Below are positions 9,075 to 19,137 of a DNA stretch of 64,000 nucleotides, piece after piece; the stretch's first letter is position 1; each line of letters begins with the position of its first letter. The notes under the pieces were generated by a model, which was not told the origin of the DNA, ran no database searches, and saw only the letters and a program-made list of their open reading frames with translations. The stretch comes from a virus. A program made the translations under genes and the position numbers. The stretch lies in IMG/VR virus record IMGVR_UViG_3300009166_000001, positions 31,064 through 95,063 of that record. The stretch is one strand, 5' to 3'.

Positions 9075-11195
9075 TCACGTCGGCGGGTTGGAGATCACGT
9101 AGGAGATCGTCAACGTCCCCAGCGTGATCGTTTCCTTCTCGTCCACCACCAGATTCCCGCTGCCATCCAAGTGGTCGGACGGCCCCGTGATCCTGATGTT
9201 CGAGAAGTCCACTCCGTCTATGTCGTCGCACTGGTCATGGATCTCGCTCCGGTAGAGGTTCAATCCGAAGGCCCGCTTCTTCAAGATGGACCTGATGTTC
9301 CGATCCGCTACCGCCACGATCTCTTCCCCGATGTAGCCCCGTATCACCCCCAACGTGATCACGATCTGCGCCGGAACCAAGTAGAAGGATCCGTCCACCA
9401 CGTTCACCGTCTGCGTGACTTCCTTCCGCTCTTCCAGGTACGCCTGCACCGCCGCGATCAGGCTCAGGGTCGGAGCCGTGTAGAACCCGTCCGCATCCGT
9501 GCTCAGGATCGGCACCACGACGAGATTGGCCTTGCAGTCTTCGCTCAGGATCTCGTCCACGTGGTTGTAGATGCAGTCCAGGCCCGAATTCACGTCGTCG
9601 TCCAGGTTCAGCACATAGGTCTGCGCCTGCTGGACATGCCCCTTCATGAGAGCCAACTGCGCCTGTGCCAACGTCGATGCCGATTGCGCCGTCCCGATCC
9701 GACTCGTAGCCGTGCTCACCAACGACTTCGAGGCTGTCACCTCCGCGTTGACGATCCCTACCTGTCCTTCGACTCCCGACTTGGCTGCCCGAATCTGGCC
9801 GATGAAAACCAGAGCAGCCGCCTCTTGCGCCGGAGTAATGATGAGCGCCGCTACCCATCCAGCCAACAGCCCTTCTAGCCCCTGGATCTGGATCTCCTGC
9901 GTTGCCGTCGAACCAAGGATGGAGGTACTGGCTGCCAGGATGTCGTTCAGGTTCCCATCCACTTGCCCCAGATACGTCACCGCTTCGGCCAGAGCAGCAT
10001 CGAGCCCCATGAAGTAGATCGTGATCAGCCCCTCGTTCCCTATCGCCGCCGCAAGCTCCGTGGCAATCAATCCGGAGTAGTAGAGCAGTCCATTCCTGAT
10101 GATGTTCAGGCAGTCCGCAAGAGCTACGTCCCCGCTCGCGCTCCGGGCCGTGTACGCCTGCGCCATCGCCACGGTGCCATACGCTGCCGATGCGTATGCC
10201 GTCGCCCGTGCAATGTAGTCCGGCCTCGTGATATTCACGTCCCGCGCCCGGTACACCTGTGGAGCCAAGGTCTTCGCCCGAATCAGATCCTCCGCGTTGT
10301 CCCCTCCCCCCGATGGCAACGGATTCGTCACCGTCTGCTCGATGGTGTTGCCTCCGACTACCAGCGGATCCACTGTCTCCGTGATCCGATCCGCCAGGAT
10401 CCGCCCGGACGCCCCTAGCGTCTGGATGTACTTCACCGTGATCGTCGCTGCCGATGGAGGGATGTTCCCCGTGATCCCGTCCCCGAACACTACCGCCGGA
10501 GGCTTTCCGTTGTAGTCCACCTCGTACTGGTTCGTCGCCTCGTAGGTCAGGAAGTCGTGGCGAGTCCAGAGCGTGACCCCCACGTACACCTCGTCCGACT
10601 CCCACGCCAACGCCTTGTCATCTGGCACCCCCAACTCGAACCTCTGCGACACCGACCCATCCGACACGAAGTTCTCAGTCTTCGTCTCCCCTTCCCGGAT
10701 CGATACGGTCTTCGGTCCCACCTCCCCTGGCAGGAACGTCAGAGCCGTCACGTTCTCCCAGATGTTCCCCGACGTGTCCTTCCACTGGAACCCCTTCGGG
10801 TACGTCACCACGAAGGCGTAGGACTGGTCCAGCGTCACCTGGAGGTCTACCGTCGCCGGGACCGCCCCATACATCTTGTAGCCGATGGTCCGCGTCATGA
10901 TCGACACGGCTTCCCTCGTCCGCGCCGTCTCCAGGTATGCCTCGCTCGCCTTCCGGTCCAGGTAGAAGCTCAGGAGATCCATCGCCCAACACGTCACGTC
11001 CACCAGCATGATCGCCGGGTCCGATGCGACGAAGTTGTTGAACGTCGAGAAGAACACCGTCTGCACTCGGAAAATCACGTCGTCGTAGAACGTGAAGAAG
11101 TCCCGTCCGAAATACTTGGTCCGATTCAGGTCGTCCCGCGAGATCGGGTACGCCCGTGGCCTCGGAGGGGTAGCCGTGGAGCCCTGTGCCGACAT
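9075..11195 (-). CDS. Baseplate wedge protein (gp6/J-like) with a long helical insertion
   Basis: 706 aa; YLETARTREAV...IGYKM, VVFGDGITGNIPP, GGDNAEDLIRAK...ITRPDY motifs of the baseplate J/gp6 family. Confidence 0.85.
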   Translation of the reverse strand: MSAQGSTATPPRPRAYPISRDDLNRTKYFGRDFFTFYDDVIFRVQTVFFSTFNNFVASDPAIMLVDVTCWAMDLLSFYLDRKASEAYLETARTREAVSIMTRTIGYKMYGAVPATVDLQVTLDQSYAFVVTYPKGFQWKDTSGNIWENVTALTFLPGEVGPKTVSIREGETKTENFVSDGSVSQRFELGVPDDKALAWESDEVYVGVTLWTRHDFLTYEATNQYEVDYNGKPPAVVFGDGITGNIPPSAATITVKYIQTLGASGRILADRITETVDPLVVGGNTIEQTVTNPLPSGGGDNAEDLIRAKTLAPQVYRARDVNITRPDYIARATAYASAAYGTVAMAQAYTARSASGDVALADCLNIIRNGLLYYSGLIATELAAAIGNEGLITIYFMGLDAALAEAVTYLGQVDGNLNDILAASTSILGSTATQEIQIQGLEGLLAGWVAALIITPAQEAAALVFIGQIRAAKSGVEGQVGIVNAEVTASKSLVSTATSRIGTAQSASTLAQAQLALMKGHVQQAQTYVLNLDDDVNSGLDCIYNHVDEILSEDCKANLVVVPILSTDADGFYTAPTLSLIAAVQAYLEERKEVTQTVNVVDGSFYLVPAQIVITLGVIRGYIGEEIVAVADRNIRSILKKRAFGLNLYRSEIHDQCDDIDGVDFSNIRITGPSDHLDGSGNLVVDEKETITLGTLTISYVISNPPT

Positions 11196-11197
11196 CT

Positions 11198-11593
11198 CTA
11201 CCCTCCCTGCCTCTTGATCGTGATCGACTGCTCGATGTAGTCGCTCTTGATGTAGTAGCCCACGTCCAAGATGATGACGTTCGGTTCCCCCCGATCATCT
11301 GTCCCTATCTCTGCCCCCACCGCCTGTACCGTGATCCGCGGCTCGTTCAGTTCCAGCGCCCGCCTCACCTCGATCTCTGCCCTCGCCATCAGAAGCTCAT
11401 CGTTGTTCTCGAAGATGAAGCTGTAGATGTTGCAGCCGTAGGTCGGGCGCATCCTCCTGGTCCCGATCTGCGTGTTGAGGATGTCCCGTACCGAATCCTG
11501 AACGCTCCGGTAGATGTCCACCAGTTCGGGGTACGTCTTGACCCCCAGAATCAGGGGATCCCCGTAGGCGTTGTAGATTCCAGGCTGCGGCAT
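11198..11593 (-). CDS. Baseplate gp25/GPW-family sheath initiator
   Basis: ILNTQIGTRRMRPTYGCNI...ALELNEPRITV signature. Confidence 0.92.
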   Translation of the reverse strand: MPQPGIYNAYGDPLILGVKTYPELVDIYRSVQDSVRDILNTQIGTRRMRPTYGCNIYSFIFENNDELLMARAEIEVRRALELNEPRITVQAVGAEIGTDDRGEPNVIILDVGYYIKSDYIEQSITIKRQGG

Positions 11594-11604
11594 CCCTAAC
11601 CTCT

Positions 11605-11618
11605 TGCAATCAATTGCA
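11605..11618. repeat. Dispersed 14-bp motif, copy 2
   Basis: Exact TGCAATCAATTGCA in the 28-bp gap between the spike and gp25 genes. Confidence 0.9.
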
Positions 11619-11621
11619 ACG

Positions 11622-12506
11622 TCACGTCTTGAACGTCGGGATCAAGGTCTTCTGCAACTTCGGCACCAGCAAGAGCATCTGTGCTGCCGTCGATGGATCC
11701 GTGACCCCCACGCCGCCCGTGACCGCCACCTTGAAGTTCGCCAACTGCGAAACCAACTGGTTCAACACGTTCACCAGATCCTCTCCTCTCACACTCGCCT
11801 TCGCCCCCGATGTCACGCCCCCAGGCCCCCACGTGAAGGTAGTCGCCTTCACCGTCGCCTGCCCATTCTCCAGGACCACACTTGCCTGCCCGGAGATCAC
11901 CTCCAGCTTGTTCGTGGCAGACCGGATCTCGTTGTTCTTCTCGTCCTTTATATCAAAGGTCCCATCCACCTTCAATTCGAGTTGCGTCCCGTTCTCGGTC
12001 GTGATCAGGACGTGATCCTTGTCCATCGTGATCTTGTGCTTGCCCATCCAGGCAAGCTCAACCTCTTCCTCCCCGTCCTTGTCGATGAACGTGAGGTAAT
12101 GCTGTGCTATCGACCAGAACATCCACGCCGCAGGAGCCACGTCCGCGATCTTCGACGGAAGCTCATCCTTCCCGAACCATCCCCCCGTGTAGATCGGGTG
12201 CTTCACGCGCCCCACCTCGAACTCCACCCATACCGTCGTGTCCTTCGCGGGCGGCGGCACGTAGATCCCGAACGACTTCCCATCCACCTTCCCACATGGA
12301 GCCGGGTACTTCGGGAGCGCCCACAGCCAGTCCGTCGAACCGTGCCCTATCGCCGGGATCCGTACCTTGATCCGTCCGACTCCCTCCGGGTCCTCGTTGT
12401 CCACCACATAGGCCCTGTACCGACCATAGAACAGGTTGTAGCCCTCCAGGCCCCACGCCTTCAACGTCGAAAAGAACTTCCCGAACGGTGAACGAAGATC
12501 GAACAT
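11622..12506 (-). CDS. Baseplate central spike (gp5/gpV/VgrG OB-fold)
   Basis: YRAYVVDNEDPEGVGRIKVRIP...WALP...VWVEFEVGRVKHPIYTG. Confidence 0.9.
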   Translation of the reverse strand: MFDLRSPFGKFFSTLKAWGLEGYNLFYGRYRAYVVDNEDPEGVGRIKVRIPAIGHGSTDWLWALPKYPAPCGKVDGKSFGIYVPPPAKDTTVWVEFEVGRVKHPIYTGGWFGKDELPSKIADVAPAAWMFWSIAQHYLTFIDKDGEEEVELAWMGKHKITMDKDHVLITTENGTQLELKVDGTFDIKDEKNNEIRSATNKLEVISGQASVVLENGQATVKATTFTWGPGGVTSGAKASVRGEDLVNVLNQLVSQLANFKVAVTGGVGVTDPSTAAQMLLLVPKLQKTLIPTFKT

Positions 12507-14162
12507 CTACACTGCTTCCTCTGTCCCGCTCGGTCCAGCCTCAGTAGACGGCATCTCCACCTGCGGGTACGCCTGCTCCACCACCTCTGCCGCCAACAAC
12601 GGCCTCGAAGTCTCCAGAAGCCCGCTGCCCTTCGGGAAGTCCGACTTCACCGCATCGAAGTCAGTATCCCACGTTCCAGCACTCAGCGAATGCGTCACCT
12701 TGATCACCTTGTAGACCCCATCGAACCGAACCCCTACCCCCCGCACCCCCACAAGCATCATCGGGTTAGCGTCCGGCATCCCTATCGACTTCAGCGTGGC
12801 CTTGATCCCCCCGCTCATAGCTGCCTCATCGTAGTAGGACTGCATTCGCCCCTCCTCGGACGAATCCCTTCCCACCGGGGATGCTATTTTCACTCCCCCC
12901 GGAGCCGTGTCTACTGGAGCATCGTGCATCATCGGATGCCCACTCTTGGTCGTCAGGACCGCCTCGTACCCCCGCTGCTCTATCGCCTCCAGGGCAAGCT
13001 CCGACAGTTCGAGTTCGTCCTGTAGCTGCTGATCCTTCTGCCTCTTGTCTATGAACGCCTGCTGCGTGGCAAACTTCGGAGCGAATGCCGCACCTCCAGT
13101 TGCCCTCACCCCCACGGTTTCTTCCCCGTGCGACGGCATCTTCGAGGTCCCCTCGTTGGCCTCTACGTTCACATCCTTCTTCTTCATCGGATCGATGTCG
13201 GATGCCGTACCCCCGAACTGCCACCTGTCCCAGAACACCTGCGGCGAGTCACTGGAAAAACCCGTCAGCGGATAGATACCCTTCTCCACGTTGATGTTCG
13301 AGAACATCACCAGTTCCCGCTTCACCTCCTGGCTCATGACCGATGCCCGGTTGATGAAGGTGAAGGCGTAAATCTCCCCCGTCTGCGGGTGCGGCCACAT
13401 GACGCACTTCATGTTCGCTTCCAGGCAGACCCACGCGATGAAGGCTTCGATAGTGTGCTCCTCCGGCCAGAACCTTCCCCCCGCCACCAGACCAGTCTCT
13501 ACCCCCCCATCCAGCCACTCGTTGTCCTCCTCCTTCTTCCCCGCTATCGCGCTCTCGTAGAACTGGACCACGAAGCCCGCTTCCTCCAGGAAGGCCCGCA
13601 CCACCTCCCGCCTGCTCGTCTTGCCCTTGATGTACTTCCCCATGTCGAATCGGAGCCGACCCAACCGCATCCCAGTGATCTTCGCAGTCAACGTGATGTC
13701 GTACCCCATCGGATCGAAGTTCGGCTGCGGTGCTTCTGTGACACCAGAGAAGATCGGTGTCCAGATATCCGCCTTCGGCCATCCAGCCTGAACGACCAGC
13801 GTGTTCCCGAACCTCGATATCTCGTTGTCCAGGAACCATCGCCCCATCCGGAAGTCCATCTTCATCGTCACCGTGATCTGTCCGTGGACCCCCGGCCCCC
13901 ACTCGACCGTCAAGCTCTCCACCACCGGGAAGTCGGGCATGTCTGCCACGTCTGTCTTCAGCCACAGCGGGAACTCCACAAACCCATCCGGTCGCTTCGA
14001 GAGGATCTTCGCTCTGACCACGTAGGAATCATCTAAGCCCAGCCACTTATCCTTCGTGGACGGATCCACCAGGATCGGCTGTCCCCCCGACAGTTCCGGC
14101 TTCTCCCACTTGTTCGGGGCCGGTACTGACGCGGAGAAAGCTGCGCTTGGCGGCAGAGGCAT
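12507..14162 (-). CDS. Baseplate hub (gp27 / late control D-like)
   Basis: 551 aa between LysM and spike genes; C-terminal IGMP...VRGVGVRFDGVYKVIKVTHSL...WDTDF hub motif. Confidence 0.8.
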   Translation of the reverse strand: MPLPPSAAFSASVPAPNKWEKPELSGGQPILVDPSTKDKWLGLDDSYVVRAKILSKRPDGFVEFPLWLKTDVADMPDFPVVESLTVEWGPGVHGQITVTMKMDFRMGRWFLDNEISRFGNTLVVQAGWPKADIWTPIFSGVTEAPQPNFDPMGYDITLTAKITGMRLGRLRFDMGKYIKGKTSRREVVRAFLEEAGFVVQFYESAIAGKKEEDNEWLDGGVETGLVAGGRFWPEEHTIEAFIAWVCLEANMKCVMWPHPQTGEIYAFTFINRASVMSQEVKRELVMFSNINVEKGIYPLTGFSSDSPQVFWDRWQFGGTASDIDPMKKKDVNVEANEGTSKMPSHGEETVGVRATGGAAFAPKFATQQAFIDKRQKDQQLQDELELSELALEAIEQRGYEAVLTTKSGHPMMHDAPVDTAPGGVKIASPVGRDSSEEGRMQSYYDEAAMSGGIKATLKSIGMPDANPMMLVGVRGVGVRFDGVYKVIKVTHSLSAGTWDTDFDAVKSDFPKGSGLLETSRPLLAAEVVEQAYPQVEMPSTEAGPSGTEEAV

Positions 14163-14163
14163 A

Positions 14164-14487
14164 CTACCCCTTCCGTGACTTCTTCAAGAAACTCGTGACT
14201 CGTTCCTTGGACGGGATCCGAAGCACCTGCCCCGGATACATTTCCAACGGAGGCAGATCGACGTTGTTGGCAAGCGCGATCACGAACCACAGTTCCGGCG
14301 TGTCGTAGTATTCCTGCGAGAGATTGTCCAGGCTCGTGTTCAACTTCACCTCCACCAGCACATCGTCATCGGACGGAAGGAACTCCGGGTAGGTCGGCAT
14401 CCCAAACCACTCGAAGTCCCCCTTGTAGAAGTGAGTCGAGAACAACGCTCGGCAGTTCGGCCTCAGATTGATCCGCTTCCGTGCCAT
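14164..14487 (-). CDS. LysM / tail X (gp53-like) baseplate protein
   Basis: SLDNLSQEYYDTPELWFVIALANN...PGQVLRIP LysM-type motif. Confidence 0.85.
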   Translation of the reverse strand: MARKRINLRPNCRALFSTHFYKGDFEWFGMPTYPEFLPSDDDVLVEVKLNTSLDNLSQEYYDTPELWFVIALANNVDLPPLEMYPGQVLRIPSKERVTSFLKKSRKG

Positions 14488-17400
14488 CAGCCGTAGGCTC
14501 CTAGCATCTGTGCGTCTCCGGTATCACTCAGCTTGCCCTTGATGTAGAGCTTGTCCGGCATGTTCACGATCACGTTCCCTCCCGCCGTGGCCTGCGTCAC
14601 TCCACCTGCCGACGCTACCACTCCCAATCCCTTGATCTTCGCTGCGGGAGGTGGAGGAGCCGTCACCGTAACTCCACCCGTCGTGTAGGCTGCCTGTGCC
14701 GCCGCTACACCAGCCGATACGCTCTTCGCTGCCTCTGCCGTCTCAGTGGCCGCCTTGACTTGCGCCGCCTTAGCTGCCTTCCCCTTCTTCCCCTTCGGAA
14801 TCACATCAGTAAGCCCTTCAAGCTGCGCTCCTGCCAATGCCTCAGTGAACGCCAGCCCTTCCTTTGCCATCTCCCCCTTTGTCTTTCCTACCATTCCCGA
14901 CAAAGAACCCTGCGAGAACAGAACTCCACCAGAAGCAGAGAGCATCTGGAGCATCGCTCCCTTATCGGCACCCTCATACCCCGCCACTGCCTCCTTCATC
15001 ATGGTAGCAGCTTCTTCTGGTGTTGCTGCCTTGCTCATCTCACTCAGGATCGAAGCCGCGTCCTTTTGCAGCTTCGGCATCTTGCCCTTCTTGACGCCCA
15101 AGTCCGCTGCCATTCCAGAGAAGGATTCCAGAGTCGCTACGGCTCCCTTCTGAACCTGCTCCGTTAGTCCAGTGACACTCTTCTTTGTTACCACTTCCTG
15201 ATCGTTTTGAAGTCCGATGATCTGCCTCTCGATGTCGTCCAAGGTTTTCTCCGTAGACTTCGACATCGCGGCCGCGCCCTCCTGCCCCAAGGCCCCCGAA
15301 ATAGCCTGCTTCCATGACTCTGGAGCAAAAGCTACGCCCAACCCTATCACTGGCATCGCCGGGGCCAACGCCAACGCCGCCACGGTAGCCGCAGCCCCCG
15401 CCGCCCCCTTCCCCATCTGCTTCGTTCCCTCCCACAAAGCAGATAGATTCTCTATCGTCTTCTCTTGACTCGCGGCCACCTTCTGATTCGTCTGGATCTG
15501 TTGAGCCTGATAGGTCTGTGCTTGCTGAATGATCTGCCCATTCAGTGCCGCCTCTTCCTTCTTGCGCTCGATCCGTTTCTTGTCGGACTCCTCCAGCTTC
15601 TTGTTGATCTCCTTGTCAACCGTCTCGCCCACACTCAGCACGAAGTTCTCAAAGGTCTTAAACCCCTCGAACTCGCGCAAGGTCTTCTTCGCGGATTCTG
15701 GCAGCTTATCGAGCAACGTATAGAAGCCACCAATGACGTTCTTGAACATCGTCATTGATCCCAGGACTGCTTGATCTAGAACATCCTGGATTCCCCACCA
15801 CAGCTTCTTCAACTGCAAGTTTGCCTTCAGCACAATGAGCTTGCCGTACTCCCAGAACTCGGCTGCCTTCCCCTTGAAGAACTCCACCCATGTCTTTCCA
15901 GAGGAAACCAGCGTCGATCCTATACCTTGAATTACCTTCCATGCCCCCACACCCAGGTTCTTAAACGAGTCTGCTACGAATCCGATAGCCCACGCGGCCC
16001 CACCAGTGATCTTCTCCCACAACCACTCGAACGTCTTGCCAATCTGCTCTCCCGTGATCTTGTTCAAGCCCATCCATTCGGCAGTCGCATCCCGCAACTT
16101 TCTCGTGATCCCCAAAGTCATCGTATCGGATGCCTCTACAACTCCACCCATAGCCCCCTTGAACGATGCCTCGATGTAGTCACTGGTCGTGGCCGTTTCG
16201 CCCTGGATATCGTCCATAGCGATAGCCCACTGCTCCCTGAATCCCTTAACTGCCCCCCCCGCTGCCGTCAGAGCCGCAGCCACAGGAACAGCCTTCACTC
16301 CACCCATCGCCGCAGCACCGCCATACCCTGCCAGTCCCGCTCCAACCCCGATCTCGCCTCCCGCCGCAGCCACACCGCCCATAGCTAGACCAGGAAGCAT
16401 CCCCGCGCCCGCGCCCATGCCCGTGACGCCCTTCCAGCCTACCGCCTTGCCCATCCCCGCCTTCATCGCGGCCCATCTTCCCGGCTGCGTCTGCATGACC
16501 GCCCCAGGCCCGGAGATTGCCCCAGGAAGCATCGGGGCTCCCCCACCCGCACCTTCCATCCCACACGTCGGAACGCACTCTGGAATGCCTGCCAGAACCC
16601 CAGCAGGTGCCTTCGTTGCCTTCTTGCCCAACGCCCCCAACATCCCCATCCCGTCCTTGCGGATCTTCTTGATCCCCCCCAACACCAGAGGCAACCCGAT
16701 CAGTGCCCCTGCCCCCAAGACATTCTCCAAACCGAACCCGGCCTTGACTGCATCCCCTATACCCCCGCTCGCGCCCTCGATCTCCTTCTCAGCCCCCCCG
16801 AACATCTTCCCCCACTCGATCTTGCCAAAGGCCGACGCGATACCCTTCGCCAGCCCGGAGATCAAGTCCGGGGTCTTCGCCACCACCTTTCCCACCGCAG
16901 ACGTGAGATTCACCGCGATCTTCGCCAACGACTCCCCGAACTTCTCGTAGTCTGCCTTCGCCAACGCATTCGAGATCCCCTCTGCCAGCTTTGTCGCCAA
17001 CGTCACCAGTACGTCCGACCCGATCTCGAACGCCTCCATCCCGACCGTGAACGCCTTCCCGAACGCCTCCATCCCATCGGAAGCCACCTTGCCCCACAGT
17101 TCCGGCCCCGCCAACTTCGCAAGGGCTTTCTTCTCGCCCTTCTCTAGATCCTTCCCCGTCAGGAGGTAGTTCAACCCCCGCAAGAGCATAATCGGAAGCT
17201 CCGTCTTGAAGAACTTGGCGATGCTGCTCTCCTCCCCATCCTTCCACTTCCGCGACAGGAGCGTGAACCCTCCTATCGCCACAGCCAGGATCCCCAACGG
17301 CCCGAAGATGCTCAGGGCCAGCTTCGGCAGTCCCCCCAACATCCCGGAGAATGACGCCAGAGGCCCCCCCAACATCGACAACGGGCTCAGTGCCATCTTG

Positions 17401-18932
17401 AATGGAGCCGCCAACATCGCCGGTCGGAATCCCAAGGCCCCAAGTGCCGTGATGTGCGGCAGGAAGTCCACCAGGGAGTCGGACAGCGAATCGATCATCC
17501 CCGCAGCCGCACTCCCTTCTTTGGCCGGGAACAACGCCCGAATCGCCCCCCCAGGACCGAACCGCAGACCCATCGACGCTGCCTTGATCAGCTTCCCAAC
17601 TCCACCCGGCTCCGTGTCCGACGCGAGGTGCTTCATCCAGTCCACGGTGGACTTGTACCCCGCCTTCAAGTTCTTCATGTACGGCTTCCACTCGTCCTTC
17701 GAGATCGCCATGAAGCGCATCTTCTGCGCCTCACGCATCAGGTCGAGTGATTCAGCCATCGTCCTGCCAGTACCACCCCACTCCTTCCCGAACTTGTTCA
17801 TCGAATCCGTACCGGCTTTGACCCCCTCCAACTGCCCCATCGCCTTGTCCATGTCGATGGTCTGGTCGGTCAAGAACCGGAGCATCGAGGAGTCCTCCCC
17901 CAACGTCAGCTTCAGCCGATTCAGGAAGAACTGCGAACTCTGGTCGCTCTGGTCCATGTTGTCCATGAGCACCCGAAGCTGCTTCACGAACTCCATCGGA
18001 TCCTGCTGGACCAACTTGAAGGCCGCGTCCCAGTTCCCAATGGACAACCCCAACTTGTCTGCCAGGGGTCCGAAGTCTTTTCCAAGCCCCACGAAAGTAC
18101 CCTGGAACGTCGCCATGTCTTTCGTGAGCATGTTGAACACGTTCAAGGACTGCGATAGCGCCTCCGGGAAGTCCATCCCCAAGGTCTTCGATGATACGAG
18201 TGCCAGCCCGTAGATACCCTTCGTGAACTTCGAGATTGCCTCTGGGCCGTTCTTCAAGAGCACCTTGGACAAGTTCTCGTCCAGCGCCTTCGTCACGTCC
18301 CCAAGGCTCGCTACGGCCTCTTTCCCGAACCCGAACGAGCGCCCCGCCTCCACTATCCACGGCACCAGTTCCCCAAGCTGATCCTTCGACAATCCCCAGG
18401 ACCGGCCCAGGTCCGCGATCTGCGACCCGAACTTGTCCATCTCGACCCCGGACACCTCCCCGAACTTCACGATGTCCTTCGTGGACTTCAGCCCGATGGC
18501 CTTGAACTCCTCCTCGTAGAGCGTGAGAGCCTTGACCGCCTTCCCGACTACCTCCGCTCCCACGTTCATCCCGATGGATAGCCCGACGATCTGCCCCTTC
18601 GCCTTCTTCGCCGCTGCCCCCGTGAGCCCCAGGGACGCCACGATGGGCCTCGCTACCTTCGCGGCCGATGCCGCCATGCCTTCGAGGCTCGTAGAGTTGA
18701 CCGATGCTGAATCTGCAATTGATTGCAACCCGGACTCGACCCGATCCAGTTGCTTCTGACTCAGTTCCTTGAAGAAGTTGTTGACGTTATCGACGTTCGC
18801 CTGGAACCGCTCCCCCAAGCCGTCCACCGCAGATCCCAGACCTTCGACTGCCGACGCTGCTCCACGGGCAGTACGCGATAGGCCAGCGTCTTTCCCTGTG
18901 AAGGCAAACCCAACTCCGGCGTCGAATGGCAC
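14487..18932 (-). CDS. Tape measure protein
   Basis: 1481 aa, Ala/Gly/Lys-rich helical with hydrophobic stretches; directly after the tail chaperone genes. Confidence 0.88.
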   Translation of the reverse strand: MPFDAGVGFAFTGKDAGLSRTARGAASAVEGLGSAVDGLGERFQANVDNVNNFFKELSQKQLDRVESGLQSIADSASVNSTSLEGMAASAAKVARPIVASLGLTGAAAKKAKGQIVGLSIGMNVGAEVVGKAVKALTLYEEEFKAIGLKSTKDIVKFGEVSGVEMDKFGSQIADLGRSWGLSKDQLGELVPWIVEAGRSFGFGKEAVASLGDVTKALDENLSKVLLKNGPEAISKFTKGIYGLALVSSKTLGMDFPEALSQSLNVFNMLTKDMATFQGTFVGLGKDFGPLADKLGLSIGNWDAAFKLVQQDPMEFVKQLRVLMDNMDQSDQSSQFFLNRLKLTLGEDSSMLRFLTDQTIDMDKAMGQLEGVKAGTDSMNKFGKEWGGTGRTMAESLDLMREAQKMRFMAISKDEWKPYMKNLKAGYKSTVDWMKHLASDTEPGGVGKLIKAASMGLRFGPGGAIRALFPAKEGSAAAGMIDSLSDSLVDFLPHITALGALGFRPAMLAAPFKMALSPLSMLGGPLASFSGMLGGLPKLALSIFGPLGILAVAIGGFTLLSRKWKDGEESSIAKFFKTELPIMLLRGLNYLLTGKDLEKGEKKALAKLAGPELWGKVASDGMEAFGKAFTVGMEAFEIGSDVLVTLATKLAEGISNALAKADYEKFGESLAKIAVNLTSAVGKVVAKTPDLISGLAKGIASAFGKIEWGKMFGGAEKEIEGASGGIGDAVKAGFGLENVLGAGALIGLPLVLGGIKKIRKDGMGMLGALGKKATKAPAGVLAGIPECVPTCGMEGAGGGAPMLPGAISGPGAVMQTQPGRWAAMKAGMGKAVGWKGVTGMGAGAGMLPGLAMGGVAAAGGEIGVGAGLAGYGGAAAMGGVKAVPVAAALTAAGGAVKGFREQWAIAMDDIQGETATTSDYIEASFKGAMGGVVEASDTMTLGITRKLRDATAEWMGLNKITGEQIGKTFEWLWEKITGGAAWAIGFVADSFKNLGVGAWKVIQGIGSTLVSSGKTWVEFFKGKAAEFWEYGKLIVLKANLQLKKLWWGIQDVLDQAVLGSMTMFKNVIGGFYTLLDKLPESAKKTLREFEGFKTFENFVLSVGETVDKEINKKLEESDKKRIERKKEEAALNGQIIQQAQTYQAQQIQTNQKVAASQEKTIENLSALWEGTKQMGKGAAGAAATVAALALAPAMPVIGLGVAFAPESWKQAISGALGQEGAAAMSKSTEKTLDDIERQIIGLQNDQEVVTKKSVTGLTEQVQKGAVATLESFSGMAADLGVKKGKMPKLQKDAASILSEMSKAATPEEAATMMKEAVAGYEGADKGAMLQMLSASGGVLFSQGSLSGMVGKTKGEMAKEGLAFTEALAGAQLEGLTDVIPKGKKGKAAKAAQVKAATETAEAAKSVSAGVAAAQAAYTTGGVTVTAPPPPAAKIKGLGVVASAGGVTQATAGGNVIVNMPDKLYIKGKLSDTGDAQMLGAYG
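18714..18727. repeat. Dispersed 14-bp motif, copy 3 (reverse orientation)
   Basis: TGCAATTGATTGCA inside the tape measure gene (encodes LQSIA). Confidence 0.9.
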
Positions 18933-18933
18933 G

Positions 18934-19137
18934 TCACCTTCTCCTGCCCCCGCGCACTCTTGCCTTCGACTCGGCTACGTTGTGGGCTTTCTGCTGCTCT
19001 TCCTCGTGCAACAACACCCAGCGATGACGCCTCGAAACCGGGATCTTCATGGCGTCCGTGTACGTGGTGCGATAATACACCATGAACGCCCGGATTTCTG
19101 CCTCTAACCGCTCTGCCCCTCCCGTGGAAAGAAAAAA
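18934..19137 (-). CDS. Tail assembly chaperone frameshift extension (gpT-like part of gpGT)
   Basis: -1 frame begins at slippery T TTT TTC (19137-19131); reads FFLSTGGAERLEAEIRAFMVYYRTTYTDAMKIPVSRRHRWV...; ends 1 bp before the tape measure start. Confidence 0.75.
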   Translation of the reverse strand, partial: FFLSTGGAERLEAEIRAFMVYYRTTYTDAMKIPVSRRHRWVLLHEEEQQKAHNVAESKARVRGGRRR

